Shown here piece after piece: positions 27,636 through 37,865 of a stretch of DNA of 64,000 nt. This stretch comes from Methanobacteriota archaeon. Its GTDB lineage: Archaea; Thermoplasmatota; Thermoplasmata; SG8-5; DAIRED01. The stretch spans positions 1 to 64,000 of the forward strand of contig JAZDNO010000006.1 of the NCBI GenBank assembly GCA_043799545.1, written 5' to 3'. Positions within the stretch are counted from its first letter, which is position 1, and every line of letters starts with the position of its first letter. The translations under genes were made by a program, and so were the position numbers. A model generated the notes under the pieces. It did not search any database. It was given only the letters and a program-made list of their open reading frames with translations, and was not told the origin of the DNA.

Positions 27636-28784
27636 ATGGCGAAGGTTCTGATGTTGCTGACGAACCCCTTCAGGCCCGACCCAAGGGTCCACAAAGAGGG
27701 TAAAGCACTCGTCGCAGCCGGGCATCAGGTCAAAATACTGGCGTGGGACCGCCCCGGCGGAGCTCCGAGCAAGGAGGGTGTGGACGGCATCCAATTACAT
27801 CGCTTCGGGCCCCCATCCGGGTGGGGGGCGACGATGTCGGTCGTCCCGGGCATGACTCTTTTCTGGGGGCGCGCGGCACTGGCAGCCCTTTCGGAAAGGC
27901 CAGATGTCGTTCACGCCCACGATTTCGACACGCTCCCGCTGGGCTGGCTCGTTTCCAAGATATCGGGCGCAAAGCTGGTGTACGACGCGCACGAGGGCTA
28001 CGCCGACATGGTTGGGCCCAGCGTTCCTCCATGGGTGGCCCGGCTCATCAACACCGGTGAGGCTCGGATGGCGCGGAAGGCAGAGCTGGTCATCGCCGTG
28101 AACGAGCTTTTCAGGGAAGAGTTCAGTTCCAAGGGCTGCGGGAACGTGGTGGTGATTGCCAACCTCCCAGAAAGTTACGGCCGCGCAGACCCCGTCAGGG
28201 TCGAGGCTTTGCGCAAGGAAATGGGCGCGGAGGGCAAGAAGCTGGTATTGTACGTGGGCGTCCTGGAGCCGCAGAGGGCGCTCGTTGATCTGGTGAATGC
28301 GGTGAGGGCTTTGCCTGCAGACGGTTACGCGCTCGCCATCGGCGGTTTCGGCACGCTCGAGGCGCAAGTGCTCAAAGCGGCGGAGGGGATGACCAACTTC
28401 AAATTCCTCGGCAGGGTTCCAGGCAATGAGATACTGGATTATTCGGCCGCCGCGGATGTCCTGTTCGCCGTATACGACCCGTCGAACCCCAACAACAGGA
28501 AGGGGGCGCCAAACAAACTTTACGAGGCCATCCACCTCGGCAAACCCATAATCGTCGCCGAGGGCACTTTCGCCGCGAGGGAATCGGCGTTGGAGGGGAT
28601 AGGCCTGCCTGTAAAATACGGCTCGGTCGAATCGATATCTGACCGGATAAAGTCGGCGGCCGTCGGCGGTGCGCCATTTCCCGCGAACCGCTCGAAGGAA
28701 GCCGGGGCGGAGCTTCGCACATGGGCCGGGATGGCCGAACGCCTCGTGAAGGCTTACGTGCGCATGCTGGAAGGTGGAAGCTGA
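27636..28784 (+). CDS. Glycosyltransferase family 4
   Basis: DPRVHKE, VHAHD, VYDAHE, LYVG.L...R, PNKLYEA...GKPII. Confidence 0.9.
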   Translation: MAKVLMLLTNPFRPDPRVHKEGKALVAAGHQVKILAWDRPGGAPSKEGVDGIQLHRFGPPSGWGATMSVVPGMTLFWGRAALAALSERPDVVHAHDFDTLPLGWLVSKISGAKLVYDAHEGYADMVGPSVPPWVARLINTGEARMARKAELVIAVNELFREEFSSKGCGNVVVIANLPESYGRADPVRVEALRKEMGAEGKKLVLYVGVLEPQRALVDLVNAVRALPADGYALAIGGFGTLEAQVLKAAEGMTNFKFLGRVPGNEILDYSAAADVLFAVYDPSNPNNRKGAPNKLYEAIHLGKPIIVAEGTFAARESALEGIGLPVKYGSVESISDRIKSAAVGGAPFPANRSKEAGAELRTWAGMAERLVKAYVRMLEGGS

Positions 28785-30307
28785 TGGAGGGAATGGCGCG
28801 CAAAGCCGCATTCAACATGCTGGCAAAAAGTGTCGTCACAGTGGTCACCCTCCTGAGCTTCCTCTACATGGGAAAGAACGCGGATCCGGGCGCCGTTGCG
28901 ATGCTGGCTTTCGCGCTGGGTTTCGTCGGAATCTTCACGTTCGTGTCGGACCTTGGTTTCGGGGCAGCGCATGTCAAGCGGCTTTCGGAGGGGGGTGACG
29001 AGGCGAAGTGCAATGCGACCTTCTTGTATGCCAAGCTCGCGCTGACGGGGGCGATGGTCGCGTGCGTCCTCGCGGCGGTCTTCGTCTGGGACACGGTCAA
29101 CCCCGAAGGGGCATTCAACAACCCTGAGCAGCGCTGGGCGGTCTACATCATACTGATTTACTACGCCCTTTTCTCGCTGGCCCAGGTCCCGGTGGTGACA
29201 TTCAGCGGCAGGATGGAGAGTGCGAAGCAGCAGATGCCCGAGACATTGGGCACGCTTGCCAGGGCGCCGCTCATCGTGTATGCGGTCATGGCAGGATTGG
29301 GCGCCGTGGCTCTGTCGCTTTCATACGTGGGCACGGGGCTGGTCATGCTGATCGTTGCCGCGCTTCTTTTCAGGTCTTATAAGGTGGGCCACCCGGACAG
29401 GGAGACATTCAAGAGCTACTCGGGATATGCGACGCCGATAATCCTCATACTGTTAATACTCGTTCTCAGCCAGAATCTGCCGCCCGTGCTCATCGCTTAC
29501 TTCACCGGAAGCGATGTCGAGGTTGCGGGCTATTTCATGGTCCAGAGGGTGACGCTCATCTTCATACTCGTTTCTTCGTCCGTGTCGCCGATACTCTTTC
29601 CGAAATTGTCGAAGGACCACGCGTGCAAGGACATCGGGGCAATGAACGACACGTGCAAGGCGTCGGAGCGCATCATTTCGATGTACATGGTGCCGGTTGT
29701 TGCCGCGACCGCGGCACTGGCTCCGGCGCTCATTCACATCTTCCTTGCGGACACATACCTGCCCATGGCGAGCGCGCTGGTCCTCCTCGTCGCATACGCG
29801 TTCGTCACCTCGATTGACATGACGTACGTCAACGTGCTGTACGGCATCGGCAGGCCGGACATCAACCTGCGCCTGGGCATCGTGACCGTGAGCGTGACCT
29901 TGGCTGGATTCGCCATCCTGATTCCCCGGACGTTTTTCGGGCTCACGCTCCTCGGAGGCGGGGCCACCGGAGCGGCTGCCGCGCTTCTTCTGGGCGGGTG
30001 CGCCGAGTACGCCGTGTCCAGATACTACGCTAAAAAGATGGCGGGCATCGAAAGCTATCAAAGGATATGGATTCACATCTTCGCAGGGGCGACGATGGCC
30101 GGCATACTCTACGGGCTTCACGCGGCGCATTTGGTCGACCGCTGGTACACGCTTGCGGGGGCAAGCGCGCTGGGGCTGGGATTGTACGCAGCCATATTAT
30201 GGGCCGCAAACGAGCTCAGGCGGCGCGACCTTAAATTCATCGCGGAAATCCTCAACGTCCGCAAGATGCTCTCGTACATTTCGACAGAGCTCAGGGGCAA
30301 GAAATAG
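28784..30307 (+). CDS. Wzx/RfbX-type oligosaccharide flippase
   Basis: About 12-14 TM; SDLGFG.A, LFPKLS motifs; within glycan cluster. Confidence 0.85.
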   Translation: MEGMARKAAFNMLAKSVVTVVTLLSFLYMGKNADPGAVAMLAFALGFVGIFTFVSDLGFGAAHVKRLSEGGDEAKCNATFLYAKLALTGAMVACVLAAVFVWDTVNPEGAFNNPEQRWAVYIILIYYALFSLAQVPVVTFSGRMESAKQQMPETLGTLARAPLIVYAVMAGLGAVALSLSYVGTGLVMLIVAALLFRSYKVGHPDRETFKSYSGYATPIILILLILVLSQNLPPVLIAYFTGSDVEVAGYFMVQRVTLIFILVSSSVSPILFPKLSKDHACKDIGAMNDTCKASERIISMYMVPVVAATAALAPALIHIFLADTYLPMASALVLLVAYAFVTSIDMTYVNVLYGIGRPDINLRLGIVTVSVTLAGFAILIPRTFFGLTLLGGGATGAAAALLLGGCAEYAVSRYYAKKMAGIESYQRIWIHIFAGATMAGILYGLHAAHLVDRWYTLAGASALGLGLYAAILWAANELRRRDLKFIAEILNVRKMLSYISTELRGKK

Positions 30308-30348
30308 TATTTATCCAAGCTCGGCATCACAAACATAGAACGGGGGGC

Positions 30349-31314
30349 ATGCAAATGCAGAGGGCGTTCGTCACGGGCGGTTGCGGCTTCATAGGGAGCC
30401 ACTTGATAGACAATCTGCTGGCCGGCGGCAGCGCGGTCACAAATGTGGACAACATGTCCACGGGCTTCCGCGAATTCGTTGCGCATCACGAGAAGAACGG
30501 TTCGTTGAAGAACGAATTCTACGACCTCAAGGACCTGGGCCGCCTGTCAAAGTCCATGGTAGGCAGCGACGCCGTTTTCCACTTCGCAGCCAACGCGGAC
30601 ATCCGCCGCGGGCTCGAGGACACCTATCGGGACCTGGAGCGCAACGTCCTGACCACGTACAACGTCCTGGAATCCATGAGGAAGAACGACGTGAAGGAGC
30701 TGGTCTATGCGTCATCCGCCGCCGTTTACGGCGACCAGGCCAAGTTCCCGACGCCGGAGGACGCGCCCAAGACTCAAACGTCGTTCTACGGGGCTTCGAA
30801 GCTCTCGGGCGAGGCGTTCATCGAGGCTTTCTGCGAGGCCTACGGGATGCGCGCGTGCATGCTCAGATTCGTCTCGGTCGTCGGAGAGCGGCACCCTCAC
30901 GGCGTCACCTTCGATTTCGTGAAGAAGCTTCTGGCGAATCCCAAGGAGATGGAGATATTCGGCAATGGGAAGCAGCGCAAATCTTTCCTGTACATAGGCG
31001 ACTGTGTGGATGGTTTCATGCACGCTCACAGGCATGCAAAAGGGAAGGTCAATATCTTCAACATCGGAAACCTGGACACAATCGAGGTCACGGGGGTCGC
31101 CGACATCGTCGTGGAGGAGATGGGCCTGAAGGGAGTGAAATACAATTACACCGGCGGCGAGCGCGGATGGATAGGGGACGCGCCAATCGTGCATCTCTCG
31201 GTGGACAGGCTGATGGCTCTTGGTTGGAAGCCCAAGGTTTCAGTCGAGGAAGGAATCAGGCGCACGGCTAGGTGGCTGCTCCAGAACAAATGGATATACG
31301 GGCCAAGGAGTTAG
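30349..31314 (+). CDS. NAD-dependent nucleotide-sugar epimerase/dehydratase
   Basis: TGGCGFIGSH, SSAAVYG, YGASK. Confidence 0.92.
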   Translation: MQMQRAFVTGGCGFIGSHLIDNLLAGGSAVTNVDNMSTGFREFVAHHEKNGSLKNEFYDLKDLGRLSKSMVGSDAVFHFAANADIRRGLEDTYRDLERNVLTTYNVLESMRKNDVKELVYASSAAVYGDQAKFPTPEDAPKTQTSFYGASKLSGEAFIEAFCEAYGMRACMLRFVSVVGERHPHGVTFDFVKKLLANPKEMEIFGNGKQRKSFLYIGDCVDGFMHAHRHAKGKVNIFNIGNLDTIEVTGVADIVVEEMGLKGVKYNYTGGERGWIGDAPIVHLSVDRLMALGWKPKVSVEEGIRRTARWLLQNKWIYGPRS

Positions 31315-31317
31315 TAG

Positions 31318-32022
31318 ATGCCTATCAACCAGGTCGTCATCCTGGCGGGAGGGCTCGGCACGCGCCTAAAGCCAATCACGCAGGTAATGCCGAAGCCCAT
31401 GGTCGAGGTAGGTGGCTCGCCTTTCCTCGAAGTGCTGGTCGAGCGATTGAAGCGCCGGGGTTTTGATGATTTCATCATGCTCGTAGGGCATCTGGGAGAC
31501 CAGATAATACGCCATTTTGCCGACGGCTCCGAATTCGGCGTCAAAATCCGCTACTCCGTTGAAAAGGAGCTGCTGGGCACGGGCGGAGCGCTGAAGCAGG
31601 CGGAGCCGCTCCTGGCGGAAAGATTCATGGTGGTGTACGGCGACAGTTATCTGCCACTGGATTACAGCGAGCCGATGCTGGCTTTCGAATCGAGCGGAAA
31701 GGCGGGGCTAATCACAGTCTATTCCAACCATCCGAGGATTGCCAGGAACAACGTGGAAGTGGGCGGGGACGGCATAGTCAAGCTATACGAGAAGTCCGCC
31801 GAGACGCAGGCGATGAACGGCGTCGAGGCTGGCGTATTCTTCCTCGAAAGACAAACCTTGAATTGTTTGGAGCCAGGCAAATTCTCGCTCGAGCAGGCGC
31901 TCTTTCCAAAACTGATAAAAAGGGGCGAGCTGATGGGGTTCATGACCAGCGTGCGCTTCTGGGACATAGGAACTCCCGATGGCCTGGAGGCGGCGCGGAG
32001 GACATTGCATGACCTTGATTAG
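31318..32022 (+). CDS. hddC: Heptose-1-phosphate guanylyltransferase-like nucleotidyltransferase
   Basis: LAGGLGTRL, PKPM, LGTGGAL, YGD, DIGTP; neighbours hddA, gmhA, gmhB. Confidence 0.75.
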   Translation: MPINQVVILAGGLGTRLKPITQVMPKPMVEVGGSPFLEVLVERLKRRGFDDFIMLVGHLGDQIIRHFADGSEFGVKIRYSVEKELLGTGGALKQAEPLLAERFMVVYGDSYLPLDYSEPMLAFESSGKAGLITVYSNHPRIARNNVEVGGDGIVKLYEKSAETQAMNGVEAGVFFLERQTLNCLEPGKFSLEQALFPKLIKRGELMGFMTSVRFWDIGTPDGLEAARRTLHDLD

Positions 32023-33016
32023 CCGGGCACCGGTCCGAATTAGCTTCGGGGGCGGCGGCACGGATCTGGCATCGTATTACGAGAAGCACGGCGGAATGGT
32101 AATCAGCGCTTCCATCAACAAGTACTTCTACACGATTCTCGAGATGCGGGAGGATGACCGCATTCAGCTTATTTCGTCGGACCTCCAGCTCAGCCAGACC
32201 GTGCGCGACTTTTACCACCTTAAGCTCGGGGAAGGGCTGGACATACCGGTGGCTGTGATAAAGCATTTCAACATCCAGAGGGGGATGAACCTCTTCATGG
32301 CATCGGAGGTCCCGCCGGGCACTGGCCTGGGCTCGTCCGGCACGGTGTGCGTCAACCTGGTGAACATGTTCAACAGCCTCGAGCATATGAAAATGACGAA
32401 GCAGGAGATTGCCGAGACTGCATACAAGGTGGGTCACGACGACTTGGCGATGCCTATCGGGAAGCAGGACGAGTACGCCGCGAGCTTCGGCGGCCTGAAC
32501 GTTTTCCACTTCACGAAAGAAGGCGTCACTGTCGAGCCGCTGGGAATCTCAAAGGAGGTTCGCAAGCGCCTCGAGGAGGACATCATGCTCTTCTTCACAG
32601 GACGCACGCGAGACTCTGCGAAGATACTGGCCTGCCAGGACAAAGGCGGCAAGGACGACGAGAACGTCGTTGTCAGTTCCCTCCACAACATCAAGAAGCT
32701 CGGATACGAAATCAAGGACGCGATAACCGAGGGGGACCTCCGCAAGTTCGGGGAGCTCATGGGCATGGCATGGGAGAGCAAGAAGAAGCTGGCCAAGGGC
32801 ATCACGAACGAGCGGATAGATGGGCTGTACAAAATCGCCATCGAGAAGGGGGCGCTGGGGGCCAAGCTGACTGGTGCAGGCGGCGGAGGCTACCTGATGC
32901 TATTCTGCGAGAAGCCCAACCAGAAAGCGGTGCGCGACGCCCTTTCGGCGCAAGGTTTAAAGCCCATGGACTTCAAGTTCGACATGCACGGGGCCAAGAT
33001 AATCGGAGGCGATTAG
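32009..33016 (+). CDS. hddA: D-glycero-alpha-D-manno-heptose-7-phosphate kinase (GHMP family)
   Basis: RAPVRISFGGGGTD, PPGTGLGSS, GKQDEYAASFGG, GAKLTGAGGGG. Confidence 0.85.
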   Translation: MTLISRAPVRISFGGGGTDLASYYEKHGGMVISASINKYFYTILEMREDDRIQLISSDLQLSQTVRDFYHLKLGEGLDIPVAVIKHFNIQRGMNLFMASEVPPGTGLGSSGTVCVNLVNMFNSLEHMKMTKQEIAETAYKVGHDDLAMPIGKQDEYAASFGGLNVFHFTKEGVTVEPLGISKEVRKRLEEDIMLFFTGRTRDSAKILACQDKGGKDDENVVVSSLHNIKKLGYEIKDAITEGDLRKFGELMGMAWESKKKLAKGITNERIDGLYKIAIEKGALGAKLTGAGGGGYLMLFCEKPNQKAVRDALSAQGLKPMDFKFDMHGAKIIGGD

Positions 33017-33017
33017 G

Positions 33018-33626
33018 ATGAGCGAATTCAGGAAAAAGTACATGAAGGGGTATCTGGAGGAAGTCAGGCAGTGCCTCGTGGCGATGGAGGGGCAGCTCGA
33101 CGTCTTCGACGAGCTGGGGCAGATGTTGCTCGATACCCGGGAGCGCGGCGCGACGGTATTCCTCTGCGGGAACGGCGGGAGCGCATCATGCGCGTCACAC
33201 TTTACGAGCGACCTGGCAAAGGGGACGATACACCCGAAGGAGGCGCGATTCCGCGTGCTCTCGCTTGCGGACAACATCCCCCTCATGACTGCCTGGGGGA
33301 ACGACTCAAGCTACGCCGACATCTTCGTGGAGCAGCTGAAGAACCTGATGAAGCCGGGTGACCTGGTCATCGGGATAAGTGGCTCGGGGAACTCGCCGAA
33401 TGTCCTTAAGACCATCGAGTGGGCGAGGGCGAACGGCGCGAAGACTGTCAGCATCACGGGTTTCCAGGGCGGCAAAATGGCGTCGGCCGCAGAGTGGGCG
33501 TACGTGATTCCCCTGCACTACATGCAGCAGATCGAGGACTTGCACATGCTCATCGAGCACATGGTCACCTCGTCCATCCGCGAGGAGTTCCACGCCAAGC
33601 ACGGAACGGACCCGAAGGGCTGCTGA
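33018..33626 (+). CDS. gmhA: Sedoheptulose-7-phosphate isomerase (SIS domain)
   Basis: CGNGGSA, TAWGND, ISGSGNSPN, QQIEDLH. Confidence 0.9.
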   Translation: MSEFRKKYMKGYLEEVRQCLVAMEGQLDVFDELGQMLLDTRERGATVFLCGNGGSASCASHFTSDLAKGTIHPKEARFRVLSLADNIPLMTAWGNDSSYADIFVEQLKNLMKPGDLVIGISGSGNSPNVLKTIEWARANGAKTVSITGFQGGKMASAAEWAYVIPLHYMQQIEDLHMLIEHMVTSSIREEFHAKHGTDPKGC

Positions 33627-33630
33627 GGCG

Positions 33631-34176
33631 ATGACCGCACCCGCCATGGCCGCACACGCCGCTGCTGAAATACACGCAATCCAACCGGGCACCCTGAAGG
33701 CGATATTTCTCGACCGTGACGGAGTCATCAACAAGATGTACAAGGGCGATTGGGTGCGCACATGGGAGCAGTTTGTCTGGCTCCCGGGGGCTATGGACGC
33801 AGTGGCGCTCATCAGCAAGAAGGGCTACCTCTGCGCAATAATCACCAACCAGTCGTGCGTGGGGAGGGGCGTCGTGCCTCGGGAGACGGTGGACGACATC
33901 AACGGCCGCATGGTGGCCGAGCTGGAGAAAGCCGGGGGGAAAATCTCCGGCGTCTACGTGTGCCCGCACAGGCCCGATGAGGGCTGCCCGTGCCGCAAGC
34001 CAGGAACTCTGAATTTCGAGAGGGCCATGAAGGATTTGGGAGTCAGGGCGGACGAAATACTTTTCGTCGGGGACAACGAGAGCGACAGGGAGGCAGCGAG
34101 GCGCGTGGGGTGCATGTTCGAGATGGCGGGCGGGGAGCGCACTCTTCTCAAAATCGTGGAAGAATTACTGGCTTGA
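33631..34176 (+). CDS. gmhB: D,D-heptose bisphosphate phosphatase (HAD IIIA)
   Basis: FLDRDGVIN, ITNQS, CPH...GCPCRKP, FVGDNESD. Confidence 0.9.
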   Translation: MTAPAMAAHAAAEIHAIQPGTLKAIFLDRDGVINKMYKGDWVRTWEQFVWLPGAMDAVALISKKGYLCAIITNQSCVGRGVVPRETVDDINGRMVAELEKAGGKISGVYVCPHRPDEGCPCRKPGTLNFERAMKDLGVRADEILFVGDNESDREAARRVGCMFEMAGGERTLLKIVEELLA

Positions 34177-34254
34177 AAATTCATGGTATCGACGCGGAGG
34201 AAGGCATTTATATCAATTCCCAAATGAGACGTCAATAAGGTGGAGTGTTAGAAA

Positions 34255-35760
34255 TTGAAGGTTCCCAATCCATTCGAGAATCCGAAGCCCGGAGAATGCT
34301 GGACGGAGCGGGGAGCCAAATATTTCAGGTACGCGTTTGTGATTTTGAGCGTTATCCTCATACTCAGCGCCGTAAGTTCATTTTTCATCAGTAGGGAATT
34401 ATCCAAGGCGAGCGGAACGGTCGTGGAATCTCCCGAATTGATTGCACTTGTTGCAGCAGATATGATACTCGGTAGCCTTCAAATAGGACTGGGCGCTCTC
34501 ATGAGCTTGCTCCTTCTGTTGGGACTGGTCGGATTCTATACCGGTAGAAAAGAGTTCGGGGAAAAGCACGAGAAGAATGTCAAAAGAGCAATGGTCACCA
34601 TCGTATTCGCAATTGGTTTTATTGCAGCATCGTTCGCCTTACTACCGCAAGCGACAAGCGGGGGTTACGAGTTTACAGATGGGCAGGTAATTGTTCTCGG
34701 AGCATCGGATACCAACATAGACGGTGCGACCGTCTTCAACACATTGTTGAGTGGCGTCATGGTTCTGATTGGACTGGTATGCATTACCTTATTTTTATAC
34801 TTCTTTATCGTGGAATTAAGCAGTCAGCAGCAAAAAGCAAACATCGTCGGGGCAGCTGGCGTTATCATTGTTTCCGCAATCGTCTGGCAAATAATATTGT
34901 CTTATCTGGTTATGACATCTGATATCGAATCTGCGGCCGACATTTTAAATGTTCAAGCCATAGCCATACTTTTGTTTATTCCGATTGCTGTAGGCTTATC
35001 GATGATGGCCATCGCCTATAACGGTGTTTTCAAGAGAATCAAAAACAGGGAGATAAAACCGAAATTGCCAGAAGTTGTTTCTGTTCCTCCGATAACCTCA
35101 TCGTCCGTACCATGTGCGGAGATGTCGCCAGTCAACGTGTCGTCGATACTTGCTTCAGCGCACCCGTTGGTCGAGGAAATCGTCCGATTAGAATACAAAA
35201 TTCGAATGCCGCTAACTTGGATTATCGCAATAATTTATACGATGCTCATTTGTTGGTTTCTGGGCATATGGGTTGGGCTCGTAATATTGGCAATAACCAT
35301 AGTCCTTTTGGGTTGGACGTTATGGGGTTTCAAGGCATACCAGACAAAGTACCAATATAAGCCTATGGGGCAGGTTACAGTCTGGCACATTCTTTATTGG
35401 CGGACCCACCTTAGAAACGCACAGGATAAATCTTACGAAGTTAAGGATTATTATCCGTATGTTGTCAGTGACACGCTCCTAATGATAACCGATATCAAAG
35501 GTTATTTTGAATATAAAATTATCAGCGCCATAGTGTTCGTACCACTATTGCTCGTATTTTTCTTGAATAGTACTCTCCCGGTGAGCGATGGGAACGGTCC
35601 CCCGTGGGCTATGTGGATCGCAGCGATTGGTTTTATCGCCTCTACTATGTTCATCGACTTGGCCATTTGGGGTGTTCTGCGGAGCCGATTCAAGGACGTC
35701 CGGAAACGATTGGAGACCTTCAAATCGAACATAGACGCCTTCTGGCGGGCGTATGGGTGA
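34255..35760 (+). CDS. Hypothetical multi-pass membrane protein, AT-richer than flanks
   Basis: 501-aa ORF, about 9-10 hydrophobic segments, upstream TTTATA box. Confidence 0.7.
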   Translation: MKVPNPFENPKPGECWTERGAKYFRYAFVILSVILILSAVSSFFISRELSKASGTVVESPELIALVAADMILGSLQIGLGALMSLLLLLGLVGFYTGRKEFGEKHEKNVKRAMVTIVFAIGFIAASFALLPQATSGGYEFTDGQVIVLGASDTNIDGATVFNTLLSGVMVLIGLVCITLFLYFFIVELSSQQQKANIVGAAGVIIVSAIVWQIILSYLVMTSDIESAADILNVQAIAILLFIPIAVGLSMMAIAYNGVFKRIKNREIKPKLPEVVSVPPITSSSVPCAEMSPVNVSSILASAHPLVEEIVRLEYKIRMPLTWIIAIIYTMLICWFLGIWVGLVILAITIVLLGWTLWGFKAYQTKYQYKPMGQVTVWHILYWRTHLRNAQDKSYEVKDYYPYVVSDTLLMITDIKGYFEYKIISAIVFVPLLLVFFLNSTLPVSDGNGPPWAMWIAAIGFIASTMFIDLAIWGVLRSRFKDVRKRLETFKSNIDAFWRAYG

Positions 35761-35764
35761 TTGA

Positions 35765-36037
35765 ATGGAACGTCCTGACCTCTACGTTCTCGCCCGGTTC
35801 CTCGAAGCGCTCTGGCTAAAGGGGAAGGGGCAGATGCGCAGGACGGAACTTCAGATGGCCGTCCGGCTGAATTACGACCTTTACACGAAATACCTCGAAT
35901 TCCTCGCCGCAAAAGGGCTGGTCTCGGAAACGGAAGAGGGCGGCGAGCGCATCGTCAAGATAACGCAAAGGGGAGTCGAGGCGTTCAAAACGCTGGGGGA
36001 CCTCATGAGCCAGGTGTTCGAAAATAAAAAACCGTGA
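35765..36037 (+). CDS. Small winged-helix DNA-binding protein
   Basis: RTELQMAVRLNY..Y.KYLEFL..KGLV...ITQRG. Confidence 0.8.
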   Translation: MERPDLYVLARFLEALWLKGKGQMRRTELQMAVRLNYDLYTKYLEFLAAKGLVSETEEGGERIVKITQRGVEAFKTLGDLMSQVFENKKP

Positions 36038-36105
36038 CGCCCAGCACATTCGAGCTTTTGCCGCAATCCAAACCATTTTATCCGTTGTCTCATTAAACTG
36101 CTTCG

Positions 36106-36801
36106 ATGCCAAATCCCAAAGTCTCTGTCATCATCCCCACGATGAACGAGGAGAAAGCCGTTGGCGCGGTCATGGACGCCGTGCACGAAGCCTTGAAGCC
36201 GACTGGCTGGCCTTACGAGGTTCTCATAGTCGATACAAGCTCCAAAGACAAGACCCGCGAAATCGCCTCGTCCAAGGGTGCAATAGTCGTCGACGAACCG
36301 CGCAGAGGCTACGGGCGCGCCTACAAGACTGGATTTGAAAAGGCGCGTGGCGATTACATCGCCACGCTGGACGCGGACTGCACGTACCCAGCCGAGGACA
36401 TTCCAAAGTTCGTCGAAATACTTGAGAAGGACGAGCTGGACTTCATAACCGGCGACCGCCTGAGCCAGATGAAGAAGGGCGTGATGTCTGGCACGCACAA
36501 GCTGGGCAACTGGGTGCTGGTGAAAACGTCGAACATTCTTTTCGGTACAAAGCTCCGCGATTCGCAGAGCGGGATGTGGGTTTTCAGGCGCTCGATAATA
36601 CCAAAGCTCAATCTCGTGAGCGACAAAATGGCCCTGTCCGAGGAAATAAAAATAGAAGTCAAGCTGAAAGGACTGAAGATGCGGGAGATACCCATCGAGT
36701 ACCGCCCTAGGGAGGGCGAGGTCAAGCTTAACACATGGCGGGACGGGACGGGCAACCTAAAATACATGTGGCGCAAGAAATTCGGAAAGGCGCGGGACTG
36801 A
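36106..36801 (+). CDS. GT2 glycosyltransferase, dolichol-phosphate mannosyltransferase-like
   Basis: IPTMNEE, VVDEPRRGYG, LDADCTY, DSQSG, YRPR.GE.KL. Confidence 0.88.
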   Translation: MPNPKVSVIIPTMNEEKAVGAVMDAVHEALKPTGWPYEVLIVDTSSKDKTREIASSKGAIVVDEPRRGYGRAYKTGFEKARGDYIATLDADCTYPAEDIPKFVEILEKDELDFITGDRLSQMKKGVMSGTHKLGNWVLVKTSNILFGTKLRDSQSGMWVFRRSIIPKLNLVSDKMALSEEIKIEVKLKGLKMREIPIEYRPREGEVKLNTWRDGTGNLKYMWRKKFGKARD

Positions 36802-36847
36802 GCCGATGAGAAATGTTATAACTGCAAAGTGTTTTTAGTCTGAGACC

Positions 36848-37852
36848 ATGGCCGACGAGGATTTCGCGCTTCCAGATGCGCCCGCGATACCTGGCCTTAC
36901 AACAAGGGGCTTCGTGTTGAACAAGGATTGTCCAGGGATTGCCCAGCTCTGCCTGGCAATGAAGGATGCTGACCACTACGATTACGTCCCCGACGCCGAG
37001 GAGCTTTTCAAGGAGTTCAGCGCCGAGGCCAAGAAACGCGATCTGGGCAAGGATATTCTCATAGTGGAGTTGGACGGAAAAATCGTGGGCGAATCGTTCG
37101 TCTCGTGGGACGATGCCCCTTCGGGCGAGAGGCTTTATCAGCTCGACGCCAACCTCGTTCCCGAGCTGCGCGGTACCGGGCTGAGGCGCTCGATGCTGTT
37201 ATGGGCAGAGCGGAGGGCGAGGAATATGGCATCCTCGCATCCAGGTGAAACACGAAAGCTGTTCCACGTTTTCACAGACCAAGGCGAGGACCACTGGCGC
37301 TCCGTCCTCGAGTCCAGCGGGTACGCTATTTTCCGGCACGGATTGAAAATGGTCAGGCCGGCGCTGGACGACGTCCCGGAGCTTCCCCTGCCCGAAGGAA
37401 TAGGGGTGCGCAAGGTCGAGCCAGCGCACTACGAGAAGATCCGTTTGGCCTGGAACGAAGCGTGCAGGGACATGAGGGGCCAGCTGCCGATAGACGACGA
37501 AAATTTCAAGGTCTGGTCGGAGTTCCCGACTTTCGACCCAACATTATGGCAGATAGCCTGGCACGGCGAGCAGGTCGTTGGCACGGTTTTCGGAATGATT
37601 AACGCCAAGGAGAACGAGATGAACGGGCGCAAGCGCGGGATGACGGAGCTAATATCTGTCGCCAGGCCTTGGCGCGGCAAAGGCATCGCCAAGGCGCTGA
37701 TGGCGCGATGTATGCGCGAACTGAAGGCGAGGGGGATGGCCGAGGCCGCTCTCGGCGTCGATGCGGAGAACCCCAGCGGGGCTCTGAAGCTCTACGAGAA
37801 GATGGGTTTCAAAGTCGTGAAGCGGGTCACGTTCTACCGGAAGCCGTTGTGA
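36848..37852 (+). CDS. Tandem GNAT acetyltransferase
   Basis: V.PELRGTGL and VARPWRGKGIA, LGVDAENPSGALKLYEKMGF. Confidence 0.88.
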   Translation: MADEDFALPDAPAIPGLTTRGFVLNKDCPGIAQLCLAMKDADHYDYVPDAEELFKEFSAEAKKRDLGKDILIVELDGKIVGESFVSWDDAPSGERLYQLDANLVPELRGTGLRRSMLLWAERRARNMASSHPGETRKLFHVFTDQGEDHWRSVLESSGYAIFRHGLKMVRPALDDVPELPLPEGIGVRKVEPAHYEKIRLAWNEACRDMRGQLPIDDENFKVWSEFPTFDPTLWQIAWHGEQVVGTVFGMINAKENEMNGRKRGMTELISVARPWRGKGIAKALMARCMRELKARGMAEAALGVDAENPSGALKLYEKMGFKVVKRVTFYRKPL

Positions 37853-37865
37853 TGGCGAGCCCTCA

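Noticed and set aside
27795-28811. 338-aa minus-strand ORF, and similar long shadows at 10313-11233, 30381-31271 and 7955-8881
   Set aside because: Overlap well-supported genes in another frame or strand, Arg/Pro/Gly-rich, no family signatures
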